A stretch of 64,000 nt of DNA, from NCBI RefSeq assembly GCF_964355755.1, contig NC_092680.1, positions 14,269,045 to 14,333,044 on the forward strand, given 5' to 3'. Shown piece by piece: positions 62,277-64,000 of the stretch (its first letter is position 1; each line of letters starts with the position of its first letter). Below the pieces are notes generated by a model that saw nothing but the letters and a program-made list of their open reading frames with translations, was not told the DNA's origin and did no database searches. The DNA comes from Antedon mediterranea. Its lineage: Eukaryota; Animalia; Echinodermata. Made by a program: the position numbers and the translations under genes.

Positions 62277-62413
62277 GTACCTGCTGGATTTACTTGTATA
62301 GAAACCACACCTACAGGTTTCCCAGCAGACCTCAGTCATGGCTGCATCGGCAGTCCGAACATTTATCTCTGCATCAAAAGAGGATTTGACAAACCTCCAC
62401 TCACTGATATTGG
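62277..62413 (+). CDS. DENND4: DENND4 coding exon 2 (MABP domain)
   Basis: Manual translation [49 protein letters not shown] acceptor, GTAGGT donor, phase 0/2. Confidence 0.92.
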
Positions 62414-62850
62414 GTAGGTTATGCAAACCTATAAATTACTCAAATTACAGTTGAAAGACTTGAAATTTATTTACACAATCACTACAACCCACACCTGGCA
62501 ACCATACTATTTATGTGGTACAACTATCAAGATTTATCTTTCATAACCCCTAATGGTTTAGGCAGTTATTTCTACTACAAATTCTCACAGATTTTATATA
62601 CAGAGAACGTATGTTTTTTTGTTATACACATTTTTGCTACAGCATTGAACGCATCCATAAACATAGTTTAGTGCATCAAAATGACTAGACTGTTCCTATG
62701 TAAACTATTGCAGGTGTCTTTTATAGTTTTAGACCTTGTTATTTTGTCCCTTGTAAATTTGGGTTCATATTTCTGTTGTGAAAAACATTTGGTATGAAAA
62801 TTATCTTCCAATAAATAATTTAAATGTTTGATCTCACTTTTTCCATTTAG

Positions 62851-63052
62851 AATTTTATATGAAGGAAAGGAACGTGTAATGAATGGATGTGAAATAATCA
62901 GCACGACACCTACTGGTCACCCAGCAAATGTAAACAATAGTCGTATAGGCGTCGGAGGCCAGCGTGCTTATATTACATATAGAAGGGCGCACACTACATC
63001 GCCACAAAATGCTCTAGCAGTATATGATATTTGTGTTATCCTTGCAAATAAG
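62851..63052 (+). CDS. DENND4: DENND4 coding exon 3 (MABP domain); gene continues beyond the window
   Basis: [53 protein letters not shown]. Phase 2/0; donor AAG|GTTTGT. Confidence 0.92.
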
Positions 63053-63221
63053 GTTTGTTTGTATTGTCATAGGAACTATTATATAACACCTATATAAATT
63101 CCTGTCATTTGATTGGACGAATGTGGGTCACATGGCGTGCAATAGTACGCACTATTCAACGATCGTTAAATAGTACTTTTTGAAACATTTTTGTGTACGA
63201 AAAAAAAACGTCTAGATGTTA

Positions 63222-63393
63222 TATAAAACAAATAATGAATGTTTTGTATTCGTGTAATGGTACAAATAATGGCACTTGGTGAATGATGAAAGGTTATATC
63301 AACTCGGCTTTGCCTCGTTGATATAACCTTTCATCATTCACCTCGTGCCATTATTTGTACCATTGCACTCATAAACATTCATTATTTGTATAT
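63222..63393. repeat. Long hairpin (~80-bp arms) at the end of a non-autonomous element
   Basis: ..TGGTACAAATAATGGCAC..GGTGAATGATGAAAGGTTATATCAAC-TCGGCTTTGCCTC-GTTGATATAACCTTTCATCATTCACC..GTGCCATTATTTGTACCA.. Confidence 0.85.
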
Positions 63394-63776
63394 TATTCAC
63401 ATAATCACACCATATGATATTCACATAATCACACCATATGATATTCACATAATCACACCATATGATATTCACATAATCACACCATATGATATTCACATAA
63501 TCACACCATATGATATTCACATAATCATACCATATGATATTCACATAATCACACCATATGATATTCACATAATCACACCATATGATATTCACATAATCAC
63601 ACCATATGATATTCACATAATCACACCATATGATATTCACATAATCATACCATATGATATTCACATAATCATACCATATGATATTCACATAATCATACCA
63701 TATGATATTCACATAATCATACCATATGATATTCACAAATCACACCATATGATATTCACATAATCGCACCATATGA
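63394..63776. repeat. 24-bp minisatellite, ~16 copies
   Basis: Unit ATTCACATAATCA(C/T)ACCATATGAT. Confidence 0.95.
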
Positions 63777-64000
63777 ATACAAAATACTGTATTACAACAC
63801 ATTTCTATTTGTATTAAAATTCATTGACATGATCTACAATTTACCAATGACTTTGATACAATTTTTACTGTATTTTATCACTTCTTGATATTAATTGTGT
63901 TGTATTTTTTATATTACACCAAAAAAAATGAATTCCTCCCCGAATAAACGCCTCCTCCGAATTAACACCTCCTCCGAGTAAGTGCCCCCTAAAAACCCTC

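Noticed and set aside
63338-63763. 8-aa repeat ORFs on both strands
   Set aside because: Artefact of the 24-bp tandem repeat.

Overview
AT-rich, intron-rich animal genomic DNA. The Deu/Nin-type SINE and vertebrate-like orthologues suggest an invertebrate deuterostome (inference). Four host genes can be read from the sequence. TRMT10C/MRPP1 is on the minus strand with a single coding exon. An endosulfine ENSA/ARPP19 gene is on the minus strand with 3 coding exons (130 aa), two of them missed by the ORF track. ASB7 is on the plus strand, head-to-head with ENSA, with 3 coding exons (326 aa). The 5' part of DENND4/Crag is on the plus strand (MABP-domain exons) and runs off the window. Most of the rest is deeply nested transposons: two CR1/L2-type LINEs (one split by a solo LTR), a nearly intact hAT-type element with a 6-bp TSD, a Harbinger deletion derivative, Kolobok-like and other MITEs, two SINE copies, a Penelope fragment and three tandem arrays. 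Three observations stand out. (i) An ~8-kb TIR-bounded composite element makes up about 93% of ENSA intron 1, and its empty site is visible elsewhere in the window. (ii) TAGGCCTA/CTAG tracts lie just inside the inferred first intron of all four genes, twice followed by the same repeat in the same orientation. (iii) Short palindromes lie near inferred transcription starts. I found no protein-coding system that is clearly new; the novelty candidates are non-coding and need testing.
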